From: Candidatus Saccharimonadota bacterium
Lineage (GTDB): Archaea > Micrarchaeota > Micrarchaeia > Micrarchaeales > Micrarchaeaceae
Reading direction: 5' to 3'
Assembly: GCA_963698035.1 (NCBI GenBank)
Contig: OY969114.1
Span: forward strand, 150,001-182,000
DNA: 32,000 nt
Below the pieces are notes generated by a model. That model was given only the letters and a program-made list of their open reading frames with translations. It searched no databases and was not told the origin of the DNA. Position numbers and translations under genes: made by a program. Position 1 is the stretch's first letter. Each line of letters opens with the position of its first letter. Positions 1-9,250 of this stretch are shown here, in pieces.

Positions 1-1
1 C

Positions 2-154
2 TTAAGAGGGATGAGAGATCTTGAGGAGAACAACGGATTGCCGGTACAGAGACTTGCTTGGTCTTATGCAGCTAGGATAAGCGCCATTATAGAATTCCAT
101 AGGCATATGGATGAAAGCGCTGATGAACCACTTTCTTCAGTTGCAAGGAGGTAG
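2..154 (+). CDS. 3' end of a host protein-coding gene of unknown function, partial at the window edge
   Basis: Open frame from the window start (LRGMRDLEENNGLPVQRLAWSYAARISAIIEFHRHMDESADEPLSSVARR) ending at TAG 152-154. Composition is host-like. No recognisable motif. Confidence 0.35.
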   Translation, partial: LRGMRDLEENNGLPVQRLAWSYAARISAIIEFHRHMDESADEPLSSVARR

Positions 155-169
155 TTTCGTTTATGCTCT

Positions 170-183
170 TTAAGTTAATTGCT
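170..183. repeat. Left copy of the 14-bp target-site duplication (ttaagttaattgct)
   Basis: Identical 14-mer in direct orientation at 16160-16173. Each copy directly abuts the outer end of a TIR. Confidence 0.9.
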
Positions 184-271
184 GGGATATATACTATCTC
201 TTAAAAACTAGAGTCCTATAAAATAACTTTTACATATGTTATAGACCTAGAGGAAAAACTAGAGTGTTCTC
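184..271. repeat. Left terminal inverted repeat (88 bp), starting gggatatatactatctc
   Basis: Its reverse complement matches 16072-16159 at every position (checked base by base). It contains an internal 12-bp direct repeat aaaaactagagt at 203-214 and 254-265. Confidence 0.97.
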
Positions 272-307
272 AATTTATTAAGAAACGACCTTCCCTGGCT
301 CAAAATC

Positions 308-1039
308 TCAGTCAGTTCTTGTCACATTCAGAATTTTACCGCTATTATTGACGTAAAATACAATTTGGCAGGGATATGTTGCGTTTTGAGGCGCGCAGTT
401 TACATTAGCCTGTTTCACAGACTGGTTGCCATAATACGTATTTGTTATGTTGGTTATAGTGCCTGTCGTGTTCATCTGTTTGAGCCAAGCATTAACTTCA
501 GCAGTTATTGTACTATTAGAGACATTTGCAGGAGCCTGACATTGATTGGTGTACCTATTAACAACATATCCGTTTGTGCAACCACAATCTATAGCACACG
601 AGTTATTTGCACGCTCTTGCGCAGTGCAGATAGCATCTCCACAATAAGCTTTCAAGCATGCACCATAGCTACTGCAGTAGTACCCAGACTGGCAGGAGGT
701 TGCAGTACAAGATAATATGGGTTGGCTACTTGAGGATTGGTTATTCAAGTTAGTATTGGTTAGGAGAAAGAATCCCCCAACTATAACTATTACAACTATA
801 ACGCCAATAATCAAGAAGAACTTTGGTTTGAAATGGCCAAATATTAACTTATTTTCAGCTTTCTTGTTCTCTTTTTGCACTTCGGCCGCAGATCTCGCTT
901 TGCTCTCGACTTTGCTTTCAATAATTTCTAATTTTGCACCGCAGCTATGACAGAATTTTGATTTAATGGAGTTTTTAGCGCCACAGTTAGGGCATTCTAC
1001 TCTTTTTGACTTGATCGTTTTTCTAGTTTTTGCAGCCAT
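308..1039 (-). CDS. Membrane protein with an N-terminal zinc ribbon, one TM helix and a Cys-rich, NxS/T-rich ectodomain
   Basis: CPNCGAKNSIKSKFCHSCGAKL zinc ribbon. TM helix FFLIIGVIVVIVIVGGFFLL. Many Cys residues and N-glycosylation sequons follow. It is the last gene of the leftward operon. Confidence 0.7.
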   Translation of the reverse strand: MAAKTRKTIKSKRVECPNCGAKNSIKSKFCHSCGAKLEIIESKVESKARSAAEVQKENKKAENKLIFGHFKPKFFLIIGVIVVIVIVGGFFLLTNTNLNNQSSSSQPILSCTATSCQSGYYCSSYGACLKAYCGDAICTAQERANNSCAIDCGCTNGYVVNRYTNQCQAPANVSNSTITAEVNAWLKQMNTTGTITNITNTYYGNQSVKQANVNCAPQNATYPCQIVFYVNNSGKILNVTRTD

Positions 1040-1044
1040 TTAAT

Positions 1045-2865
1045 CTACCCATAAGTTAAAGTTGGATCTCCATAAAGCTGCAATTCTTGTGCGGTATCTC
1101 TCTGCAGCTGAGTGGGCGAGTTAGTTAAGAAGTTCCGTTTCATCGAAAGAAAAGCTTGACCTATAGTTTCGCCAGATTTAAATTTATTGTATATGTACTC
1201 TAGATTGGTTGGCGTATAACCTCCAAACCCTTCTTTAGTGTTACCTATATAAGCGGATGCTCCATCCTCTAGCATTTGCAAAGCAAGCGGAGTTGTTCCG
1301 CCGGGTATAAGATAATAGTACAAGGTAGTATTGCTTGGTTCTGTAATCCCATCATAACATGCGGCTGATAGTATTATTGGATTTGTATTAAGTTGTGGTA
1401 TACTTGAAGCAGACCAATAGAGAAAAGTGGAAAGAGTAGTATAATTGCCTGACCACGTACCACAAGAGTATCCGCTACCGTGGCAGTCATAATATTGGAT
1501 TCCGTACACAGAGGATATGTCAGTTTGAAAGTTTGAAGCGCTTGTGCAGCTCGATCCTAAACAGTAAGGTGGAACACTAAGGCAATTAGAGTTACTTGCA
1601 CATGAACTGCCTGTTGTGACTTCTGAAAAAGTATTTACGTCACCTCCAATGAAGGAGTCATGCTGATCATTTAATTCATCTCCAGATATCAGTAGATTAT
1701 TATTGGTCTCCGAATGCCTTTTTGTATCGTTTGATAAGATAGAGGCAATCTCATCAGCATTAGAACCTGGAATTCGCGCAACCACTATTGTTGGAACGCT
1801 GCTATTCGTTAAACTTCCATACGGGTCGTCGGTTGGTATGATGTATGAATTATACCCACTGTCATCTACATTTACTCCTAACGAAGAAATGGTTGGCATT
1901 GGTACAATATTTTCATTACCCAAGATAATTAGATAAGTTGCATTGGTCAAGTATTCTATTCTGTTTATTGTTGATTTAACGCTAACCCAACTGTTCGCAT
2001 TCATGTTAGGATTATATGAACTCAAATTTACATACACATAGCTTAAGCCTTCAGAAGTCAATACACTTTCATAACTAGACAGGGCATTTATGTAGTTAGA
2101 ATCCTGATTAAAGTTAGAACCTATTGTTACAATTACAACATCTTTATGACCAAAACTGTTGTTATATTGAGGGATTGTTGTAGTTGACTGTTGTACAATA
2201 GTAGACTGCGAACCTATGGTTGTCGGCGGAGGAGCGCAGGTGTAACTACCACTTGCACTTGCTATAACACCATATTGGCAGGTCGTACAGGCCGTACCTA
2301 AACCTAATTTCCATACGCCAGTCGCATTCTGGATGCATGGACAGAATGACTGGCCTACCTGAACTTGTGTGTTAGGAGTACACTGATTAGCTGGTTTACT
2401 CACAACATTAACTTGTGCAGTAGAGCTTCCTCCTCCGTTAGAATCTGTTACAGTAACCGTACACTGTTGATTTATCGTCTGATTTGCTCCAGATGTGTAT
2501 ATTGGTATATTTATCTCTTGGTTCTGGCCTGCCGGAACGCTGTATTTTTGTGAACTTACAGTGCTTACCCCCGCGCAATCGCTCAGACTATAGTAAAAGG
2601 TTCCTTGCGAAGTTCCTATATTCTCAACATTAACGTCTATACTTCCGTTGGCCCCAGAACTAAACGGGGCCGAAGTTGCAGACAATATCTTTGGTATACC
2701 TTTTGGTATCACAACTCCAATAAAACTTCCCTTCACTCTTAGTGTAATTTCTGGGTTTGTTGTAGTAAATGCTGTTGGTATAGTTACAAGAAATGCTTGC
2801 TGACCTCCATAATTACTAATCTGTGGTTGCGATGAAGCACCATATACCGTAGCGGTACTTTGCAA
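1045..2865 (-). CDS. Secreted-type protein with a CARDB-like domain and a clan-CD (gingipain/C25-like) peptidase-like domain; no recognisable signal peptide
   Basis: IDVNVENIGTSQGTFYY...CTVTVTD resembles CARDB. YLIILGNENIVPMP...IPTDDPYG, then His-Gly (YYDCHGSG) before Ala-Cys (ILSAACYDG), and a C-terminal LQLYGDPTL resemble C25 peptidases. The only start codon after the upstream in-frame stop is TTG at 2865. Confidence 0.65.
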   Translation of the reverse strand: MQSTATVYGASSQPQISNYGGQQAFLVTIPTAFTTTNPEITLRVKGSFIGVVIPKGIPKILSATSAPFSSGANGSIDVNVENIGTSQGTFYYSLSDCAGVSTVSSQKYSVPAGQNQEINIPIYTSGANQTINQQCTVTVTDSNGGGSSTAQVNVVSKPANQCTPNTQVQVGQSFCPCIQNATGVWKLGLGTACTTCQYGVIASASGSYTCAPPPTTIGSQSTIVQQSTTTIPQYNNSFGHKDVVIVTIGSNFNQDSNYINALSSYESVLTSEGLSYVYVNLSSYNPNMNANSWVSVKSTINRIEYLTNATYLIILGNENIVPMPTISSLGVNVDDSGYNSYIIPTDDPYGSLTNSSVPTIVVARIPGSNADEIASILSNDTKRHSETNNNLLISGDELNDQHDSFIGGDVNTFSEVTTGSSCASNSNCLSVPPYCLGSSCTSASNFQTDISSVYGIQYYDCHGSGYSCGTWSGNYTTLSTFLYWSASSIPQLNTNPIILSAACYDGITEPSNTTLYYYLIPGGTTPLALQMLEDGASAYIGNTKEGFGGYTPTNLEYIYNKFKSGETIGQAFLSMKRNFLTNSPTQLQRDTAQELQLYGDPTLTYG

Positions 2866-2873
2866 AAGTTGAG

Positions 2874-4238
2874 TTACGGCTTGGTTATTGTTGTTAAGAT
2901 CTTGGTATTTTTCAGATGCTTTTGCCTTCCAACAGGACTGAAGCGTATTGCCGACTTTATCTTCGGAGTTTTACCTGTCAATAGCTTGGATAATAGGATA
3001 CTCGGAAGCCCGTAGTATAGCGTTTCCTTTGATGATATATAGTTAAGTCCAACTGTGAAAATCTCATTATAAGCTGCCCTTACTGGTAGTAGGTCATCAT
3101 CTGGCTCAATTTCAACAATAACACAGAATTGTTTCCATTTTTCTAGATTTCTCAGATCATCTAATTTTATTTCGTCTACTAATTTCCGCACGTTTACAGT
3201 ATCATCAACATATTCTATCCTTTCGGCTATGAGGAAATCATACAGCCCCAGCAAAGTAAAAAGACTAGGGTACATGCTTGTAAAATCAAGCGCCGTAACG
3301 AGGCAGGGTTGTTTTCTGATTCTAGCTTCTACTCTCCCGCCATAATAAGCTTGTGATATTTTTCCATATATCGAAGCTGGGACATCAGGATTAAGCACCA
3401 TATAAGGAGTTATGCCAAGCTCTTCAAGAAATGCCTTGCCAATTGAAGCAGAAGAAAAGACGTTAGGTAGCGGTAATTTTACTCCAAATCTATCATATTC
3501 ACTTTTCAAGTGTGTGAACAGCTCGGCAGTAGCCAAAGTGTCCTTTATGTTGTATGCTATGTACTCTTTTGTTATCTTTCCATGCTCTCCGGCCTCGAGT
3601 TTGTAGTATTTCTTATTCCATCGCTCGGCAGCCCGTTTCAAGGAGATATGTTTATCATCAGAAAAAATAATCGCCAGGTTTTGGCAATCGATAAAGTATC
3701 CACGAACTTTTTTAGCGTATTTCGTGGTATGGAATTCTATGCAGGATTCTGCGGTGTTAATGTGCTTTAGTCTAATTGCCGGATGCTTATCTTGTTTACT
3801 GAGTTTGAGTGTGAAGCCACCATTCATCCAACCTCTTGCATAACCATAATTTATAGTTAATCGGGATAAATCAAACGGTAAATTGAAGCCTATGCATGGT
3901 ACTTCGTCCTTATGGACTGTTGGATAAAAAACAGTTTCAAGAAACGTCTCCAGGTCGTATAATCTTATAGTGGGATCATGATTGCAGTAGCTTTGCAATA
4001 CCTCAAGTTCATTTTTAGTAACTTCAACTGGATTATAAAATAGCCCTAACTTCTCTACTATTTCACCACGCATGATAACAAATGATCCAAACGTAAGTGC
4101 CTGGCGGGGGTCGGTTCGAGTTTCGCAGTCAAAGGAAAAGATTCTTTCATAGCTTGGTACACTATATCGCCTTGGCTTGTCTGATCGTGGCTTGTTGTTT
4201 TTCTTTTTGACGTTGAATGCTCTAAAGGCTACTTCCAT
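2874..4238 (-). pseudogene. polB: Protein-primed family-B DNA polymerase, C-terminally truncated: exonuclease domain and motif A only
   Basis: ExoI FSFDCETRTD, ExoII GFNLPFDLSRL, ExoIII YNIKDTLATAELF and motif A LDFTSMYPSL are present. The ORF ends about 125 aa after motif A. Motif B (Kx3NSxYG), motif C (YxDTDS) and KxY are not found in this ORF or in other frames downstream. Confidence 0.8.
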
Positions 4239-4524
4239 GCTTATCCATTCCCCGTTTCTTAAGCCGTTTACCTATCAGTTCAAGCAACGAGCCAATTGAG
4301 ACATCTTCAAAGTCATGTTTATCTTCAGGACTAGCTTTTCTGCTTCTAGCTTTGGGTGGAAAAGCGTTTTGATCGGAGGTTATTTTCCGGTGGCAACAGA
4401 AACAAAGAAGGATTTTTGTTTTGGGGTCGTTTATACGGCCATACGCGTGATGGTACTCACCTAAAACTCTTGGATCTGATTCTTGGCATATAGCACAACT
4501 TCTCTGAGAGGTTTCAGCAAGCAT
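4222..4524 (-). CDS. HNH endonuclease
   Basis: CAICQ...EYHHAYGR...LLCFCCHRKIT fits the CxxC...HH...CxxCH pattern. It overlaps both neighbours, which suggests translational coupling within an operon. Confidence 0.8.
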   Translation of the reverse strand: MLAETSQRSCAICQESDPRVLGEYHHAYGRINDPKTKILLCFCCHRKITSDQNAFPPKARSRKASPEDKHDFEDVSIGSLLELIGKRLKKRGMDKHGSSL

Positions 4525-5092
4525 ATATCTCTCCTCCGAATTCTTGCTCGCGACTTAACTCGATCTCCTTTATCTGCTCTATTCTAGTCTCCAAATGGTG
4601 CTTTTTGCCTTCGGCATCAATGATCACCCTTTTCTTGTACTTTTCAAGAAGGGTCAGGTCACCAGAATATTCTAAAAGCTTCTTAGTATCGTTGAAGTAT
4701 GCCCCTATCAGGTGAGCCATCTCCGAGCCTCTTATAACCACGCTTCTTACCCTGCCTCTCTCGTATATGACAAGGCCTCTTTCGATCCAATCCTGGGGCT
4801 TGGCTTTCCAGCGTCCCTTTCTCTTGCGCAGGTAGCCCCTTAGCTGGGCTTTTACGGTCCGGGGGTCTATTCCCACCTGCCGTGAAGCAATGGTCAAATA
4901 ATGACCATTCCTCACAAGCCGGATCACTTCCAGAGCCCTTACGCGCAGTTCCTTCTCTTTAGGGCTTAACGTGTTCCAGGGCTTAGAGGAGGCAGAGAGG
5001 CGTTTTAAGCCTCTCTTGCGCCTTTTAGGCGTCGACGACATCCTCATCTGCACTCTCTTCGTCCTTTTCGTTCTGTTGCAAGGCCTGTTCAA
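4514..5092 (-). CDS. HTH DNA-binding protein, a casposon-associated type
   Basis: Basic N-terminus followed by LTIASRQVGIDPRTVKAQL (helix-turn-helix). The true start is probably the internal Met at 5047 (MRMSSTPKRRK), because the upstream part overlaps the RHH gene. Confidence 0.6.
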   Translation of the reverse strand: MNRPCNRTKRTKRVQMRMSSTPKRRKRGLKRLSASSKPWNTLSPKEKELRVRALEVIRLVRNGHYLTIASRQVGIDPRTVKAQLRGYLRKRKGRWKAKPQDWIERGLVIYERGRVRSVVIRGSEMAHLIGAYFNDTKKLLEYSGDLTLLEKYKKRVIIDAEGKKHHLETRIEQIKEIELSREQEFGGEIYAC

Positions 5093-5363
5093 GCAGGCTA
5101 CCTACAACTTCACTTTCTGTGAGGTCGCGGTCCTTTGCCAAAGCCTCGATCTTTTCCTTCAAATCTTTGTAGATGTAGACCGGTGCCCGCCCCTTCGAAG
5201 AGGAGGGTTTGCTTATTTCCTGGTCAGCTGTTACCGAGCCCTCGAGAGCCTCAAAGTAGCTCTCCAGACACATTAGTAACTCCTCTCTTTTCCTCGCAAT
5301 GTGAGGATCTCCCTCTGCATTTTTTCCCGATGACGCAGAAAACATCTTTCTTTTTTGTTCCAT
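5025..5363 (-). CDS. Ribbon-helix-helix (CopG/Arc-like) DNA-binding protein, first gene of the leftward operon
   Basis: PVYIYKDLKEKIEALAKDRDLTESEVVGSLLEQAL fits a beta-strand, helix, helix RHH pattern. The tail is acidic. The start is taken at ATG 5363 (MEQKRKM) rather than the ORF-track start at 5426, which would run through the intergenic palindrome. Confidence 0.55.
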   Translation of the reverse strand: MEQKRKMFSASSGKNAEGDPHIARKREELLMCLESYFEALEGSVTADQEISKPSSSKGRAPVYIYKDLKEKIEALAKDRDLTESEVVGSLLEQALQQNEKDEESADEDVVDA

Positions 5364-5454
5364 TTTATTACCAAGTACATAGTAAAGCTTATTAATTTTA
5401 AACGTACCATTAATGTACGTTATCACAGAAAAGCGTACATATAGGGGAACATTT
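5364..5454. promoter_or_regulatory. Divergent control region between the leftward (RHH-HTH-HNH-PolB) and rightward (wHTH, R-M) gene sets, with a palindromic candidate operator
   Basis: aacgtac-cattaat-gtacgtt inverted repeat at 5401-5421, a further gcgtac at 5433-5438, and A/T-rich TATA-like tracts (ttaattttaaa at 5390-5400). Confidence 0.35.
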
Positions 5455-6381
5455 ATGAATACGTTCGAACTTTCTAGGATCTTGGAAGATAAGGTCGTTA
5501 GGAAATACGTTGTCTATTTTCTGCCTGGCCCGATAACAATTACCGAGGTAGCGAAAAAAGTTGGTGTTAAGAACAGAAGTAAGCTCACAAATATGATTCG
5601 TAATTTACACGATTATAAAGTGGATAAAAAGCAGTACAGAGCCAAAAATTCGAAGCCTATTCAATTAGCCGGCAGTAGATTAATCAGCGACTATATGACA
5701 GCACTTTTTAAGTTAAATAAAGATGAAAGAGATTCATTAGTTACATTCATATCGAACGTTACAATAAAGGAAGAAATAATAGACGGTAAAAAGATAATAA
5801 AGAAAGAAAAAACAATCGAAGAATTTTTATTAAAAAACAATAAGGATTTAGATCAACTTCTAAATAAACTGATCTTATGGATTTTTAAAGTAGATACGAT
5901 AACAAAAATGTCTAATATTATTGATCCGGTCTATGTATCTGATTTTGATTCATTGCTTTATGAAGATTATCAATCTCCAGATCCAGAACGAGAATTAGAC
6001 ATAAGAAAGAAGAAACTGGATCTAGCAGTCATAAATAGGAGAAAATGGAAAAAAGCGAGGACTTTAAGACAGGAGATAATGGACTTAGAAATGGCACCAA
6101 GACGAGAGAAATCGGAACTAGAAATAGCTCTAACAGAGTTTGCTAAGCATAATACAAAAGGATTTGCATTTATCAATAAGATAATCAAATCGGACATAAC
6201 TACTTCTATCGGGATCAAAAACCTCTATGAATTAATATATGGAAACTTAAAAGGTTATGAAAAAGAACTAAAGTTTAGACTTGCAATATATGAACGTTTA
6301 ATGAAAGATGACAGTTTGATATATGACCCATATACTCGCATTATTCAAAAAAGAACTGATTTTAGGAAAAGAAGGATCTAG
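5455..6381 (+). CDS. Hypothetical Lys-rich protein with a possible N-terminal winged-helix domain
   Basis: ATG 5455 is preceded by tagggg. PITITEVAKKVGVKNRSKLTNMIRNL resembles a wHTH. The rest is coiled-coil-like with low complexity. The ORF-track start at 5413 lies inside the palindrome. Confidence 0.55.
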   Translation: MNTFELSRILEDKVVRKYVVYFLPGPITITEVAKKVGVKNRSKLTNMIRNLHDYKVDKKQYRAKNSKPIQLAGSRLISDYMTALFKLNKDERDSLVTFISNVTIKEEIIDGKKIIKKEKTIEEFLLKNNKDLDQLLNKLILWIFKVDTITKMSNIIDPVYVSDFDSLLYEDYQSPDPERELDIRKKKLDLAVINRRKWKKARTLRQEIMDLEMAPRREKSELEIALTEFAKHNTKGFAFINKIIKSDITTSIGIKNLYELIYGNLKGYEKELKFRLAIYERLMKDDSLIYDPYTRIIQKRTDFRKRRI

Positions 6382-6512
6382 AAGTGAGGCATCTCTGAGC
6401 TCCTCTTCCCTGTTGGACATCTTATTACTACTTTTCTTTGTTTTACTCCCTATCTAGGAGTTCATTTAAGCTTTACGCACATATGTTTATGAGTATAATA
6501 AAGGGGTGTAGA

Positions 6513-9248
6513 ATGGCTACAGAAGGATATAATCTAAGCGAGAAGGAAACGCGAAATAAGATTATTGATCCACAACTAAAAGGAGTCGGGTGGGCTAGTC
6601 GCTATTACAAAGAAGAAGTGAATCCAGTAAAATCAGATATAAAAAACAAAGATTATGTTTTGTTTTCTGGAAATGTCGAAAGAAATGTAGATCTGTTTAT
6701 TGACTATTTGTTGCTTGCCGAAGATTATACGCCCTTAGCTATTATTGAAGCCAAAAAATATTCCAAAGATCCGGAAAAGGGACGGATACAGGCTAGAAGT
6801 TATGTAAAAGAAATAACTTCAAAAACAGGGTATAAAATACCAATTTTCTTAACCAATGGACAGACTTGGAAGATAATAGACCAAGACGGTATAGAAAGAG
6901 ATGTGAGTGGGCCTTTTTCGCAAGACGATTTGAAAAGAAGACATGAATTATATCTGGGTCGAAAGCGACCTACCGAGATCAAGATAAATCTTAAAATTGT
7001 AGATAGGCCGAGAAACGCTACAAATGTTAAAAAATTGAGCGAACATTTCGAGTCTGGTCAACGTTCAGCTCTAATCCAAATGGCTACTGGAACAGGAAAG
7101 ACACGCGTCGCTATGGCCATTATTGACATTTTAAAAAATGCGAATTATGTCCGTAATGTACTATTTATCGCTGATCGAACTGCACTTGCAAATCAAGCGA
7201 AATCAAACGGATTCAAGAAATTTTTCAGCGAACCTGTTGGAGACTTAAGAGAGGGTAAGGGAAAAATTAGTAGATTCTACGTTACAACTGTTCAGACTTT
7301 AACAGCAGGAGGCAAAACAAAAAGATATGAGGATTTTAGCCCCGCATTTTTTGATTTGATTGTATTTGATGAAGCTCACCGTTCTTTGTATGATAAAAAT
7401 CATGTTCTATTCAGATATTTTGATTCTATAAAGATAGGCTTAACGGCGACCCCAACAGATCTTGAAACAAGGAATACATATGAATTATTTAACTGTAAAA
7501 ATGGTGTACCAACCGTGGACTACCCCTATGATGACGCTGTGCTAGATAAAGTACTGGTACCATATAGGGGAGAAACAATAGAAACAAAAGTTCTCTCGCT
7601 GGGAATTGAAGGCGCTGAGCTCACTGATGATTTAAAGGACAAGTTAAGGCAACAGGAAGTAAACCCCGAGAGCGTTGTATTTACCGGCTCAGAATTCGAC
7701 CGAATATTTATGGATGATAAAACTAACGAATTAATAATTCAACGCTTCCTTGAAAGATGCTATAAATCAGATGAAGGAAAACCCGCCAAATCTATAGTCT
7801 TCTGTGCAAGTCAACGCCATGCCAAACATATGAAGAAGATTTTCAATAATCTCTTTCCTCAGTTAAGCAGTGATGTCCAGGTTATTACTTCTGAAATGGA
7901 TAGAGCTGAGGATGAAGTTAGGCGCTTTAAAAATGAATCAGAGCCTAGAATCGCGCTATCTGTAGGAATGCTGGACACAGGAGTAGATATCCCAGAAGTA
8001 TGTAATTTGGTGTTCGTTAAACCAGTTTTTTCAGCTGTAAGGTTCTGGCAGATGGTAGGAAGAGGCACTAGAAACCGGGTTGCGTGTGACCATCCAGAGT
8101 GGCTTCCAGAAAAAAACAAAAAAGATTTTATGATATTAGATTTCAAGATTGGCGGGCACTCAAATATAGAATATCATAAATTCAAGATTAATAAAGAAAG
8201 CAAAACTGTAGACATGATGACCCGTATCTTCATAAATAGAGTTAAACTGCTAAATAAATCACTAGATAAATCACAGCGAGCAATTATAATAAAGAAAATT
8301 CTCGAAGATATTGGATCTTTAAACAAGAATTCATTTATAGTTAGGGAAAAAATACAGATAATAAAGAAAATTGAATCTGACTCATTCAACCTAGAAAAAT
8401 ATATTGAAGAACTTAATAACGAAATAGCCCCCTTGATGATATTGAAACAGGGTACAAATCCTTATACTACTTCGTTCGTTCTGAATTCAGAGAAATTATT
8501 TGCACTTATTTTAGATAGGGATAATGATAAAATAGAAACTATTAGGATTAGTGTTCTTGAACCAATGATAGAAAATGTAGCTAGGAGAAACAATTTAACA
8601 GAGGTCAAGGAAAAGGCTAACGCTCTGAAGACAGTTCTTCAAGATGAATTCTGGGATGACTTAACTTTCGAGAAGACCGAATTCCTAATAAAAGAAATTG
8701 CACCCCTAATGAAGTACTATAGCCCTGATCCACGAAAAATAGTTCAAGTAGATGCGCTGGACATAATAACAGATGTGCAAGGATTTGAAAGAGAATTAAA
8801 GGAAGATGAAGATTTAAAGAAACTGATAAAGGAGAATCCGCTAATTAAAAAATTGAAGAATGGAGAGGGGCTAACAGCTGACGAACTAAGGCAGCTTGTA
8901 GATATCTTTCAGAAAATCAAGCCGGAAATCAGCATTCCTAATATACAGCAAAGTTATGGCGAAGATTTTATGTTATTCCTTCATGAGGCTATAGGGTTAT
9001 CAAAAACTTACGACCCTAAAGAATTAATTGAAAGGCAATTTGATAATTATATTCTAAAGAATAGCCATTACAATTCTAAGCAATTGGAGTTCTTGAATCT
9101 TTTGAAAAAAGTGTTTGTAGAGCAAAAACAGATTTCAATAGAAGACTTTGGCAAATCCCCACTAGCAGATGAACGACCACTTGATTTGTTCGAAGAGAAA
9201 CAATTGAAAATAATAGTTAAAAACTGTAATAGGATTAAATTTAAATAA
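6513..9248 (+). CDS. hsdR: Type I restriction enzyme R subunit (DEAD/DEAH helicase-nuclease)
   Basis: N-terminal SEKETRNKIIDPQL..GW (HsdR_N). PD-(D/E)xK motif IDYLLL...AIIEAKK. Walker A QMATGTGKTRVA. DEAH box VFDEAHRS. Motif VI QMVGRGTR. ATG 6513 is preceded by aaagggg. Confidence 0.9.
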   Translation: MATEGYNLSEKETRNKIIDPQLKGVGWASRYYKEEVNPVKSDIKNKDYVLFSGNVERNVDLFIDYLLLAEDYTPLAIIEAKKYSKDPEKGRIQARSYVKEITSKTGYKIPIFLTNGQTWKIIDQDGIERDVSGPFSQDDLKRRHELYLGRKRPTEIKINLKIVDRPRNATNVKKLSEHFESGQRSALIQMATGTGKTRVAMAIIDILKNANYVRNVLFIADRTALANQAKSNGFKKFFSEPVGDLREGKGKISRFYVTTVQTLTAGGKTKRYEDFSPAFFDLIVFDEAHRSLYDKNHVLFRYFDSIKIGLTATPTDLETRNTYELFNCKNGVPTVDYPYDDAVLDKVLVPYRGETIETKVLSLGIEGAELTDDLKDKLRQQEVNPESVVFTGSEFDRIFMDDKTNELIIQRFLERCYKSDEGKPAKSIVFCASQRHAKHMKKIFNNLFPQLSSDVQVITSEMDRAEDEVRRFKNESEPRIALSVGMLDTGVDIPEVCNLVFVKPVFSAVRFWQMVGRGTRNRVACDHPEWLPEKNKKDFMILDFKIGGHSNIEYHKFKINKESKTVDMMTRIFINRVKLLNKSLDKSQRAIIIKKILEDIGSLNKNSFIVREKIQIIKKIESDSFNLEKYIEELNNEIAPLMILKQGTNPYTTSFVLNSEKLFALILDRDNDKIETIRISVLEPMIENVARRNNLTEVKEKANALKTVLQDEFWDDLTFEKTEFLIKEIAPLMKYYSPDPRKIVQVDALDIITDVQGFERELKEDEDLKKLIKENPLIKKLKNGEGLTADELRQLVDIFQKIKPEISIPNIQQSYGEDFMLFLHEAIGLSKTYDPKELIERQFDNYILKNSHYNSKQLEFLNLLKKVFVEQKQISIEDFGKSPLADERPLDLFEEKQLKIIVKNCNRIKFK

Positions 9249-9250
9249 TA

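Noticed and set aside
365-950. Plus-strand ORFs 365..715 and 717..950
   Set aside because: They are antisense shadows of the Zn-ribbon membrane protein gene (308..1039, minus strand). Their translations are low-complexity with no motifs, while the minus-strand frame has a coherent zinc-ribbon, TM and ectodomain architecture.
6438-6512. Upstream extension of hsdR (ORF-track start MFYSLSRSS...)
   Set aside because: The extension is hydrophobic, low-complexity sequence. The ATG at 6513 is preceded by aaagggg and starts directly with the conserved HsdR N-terminal motif region.
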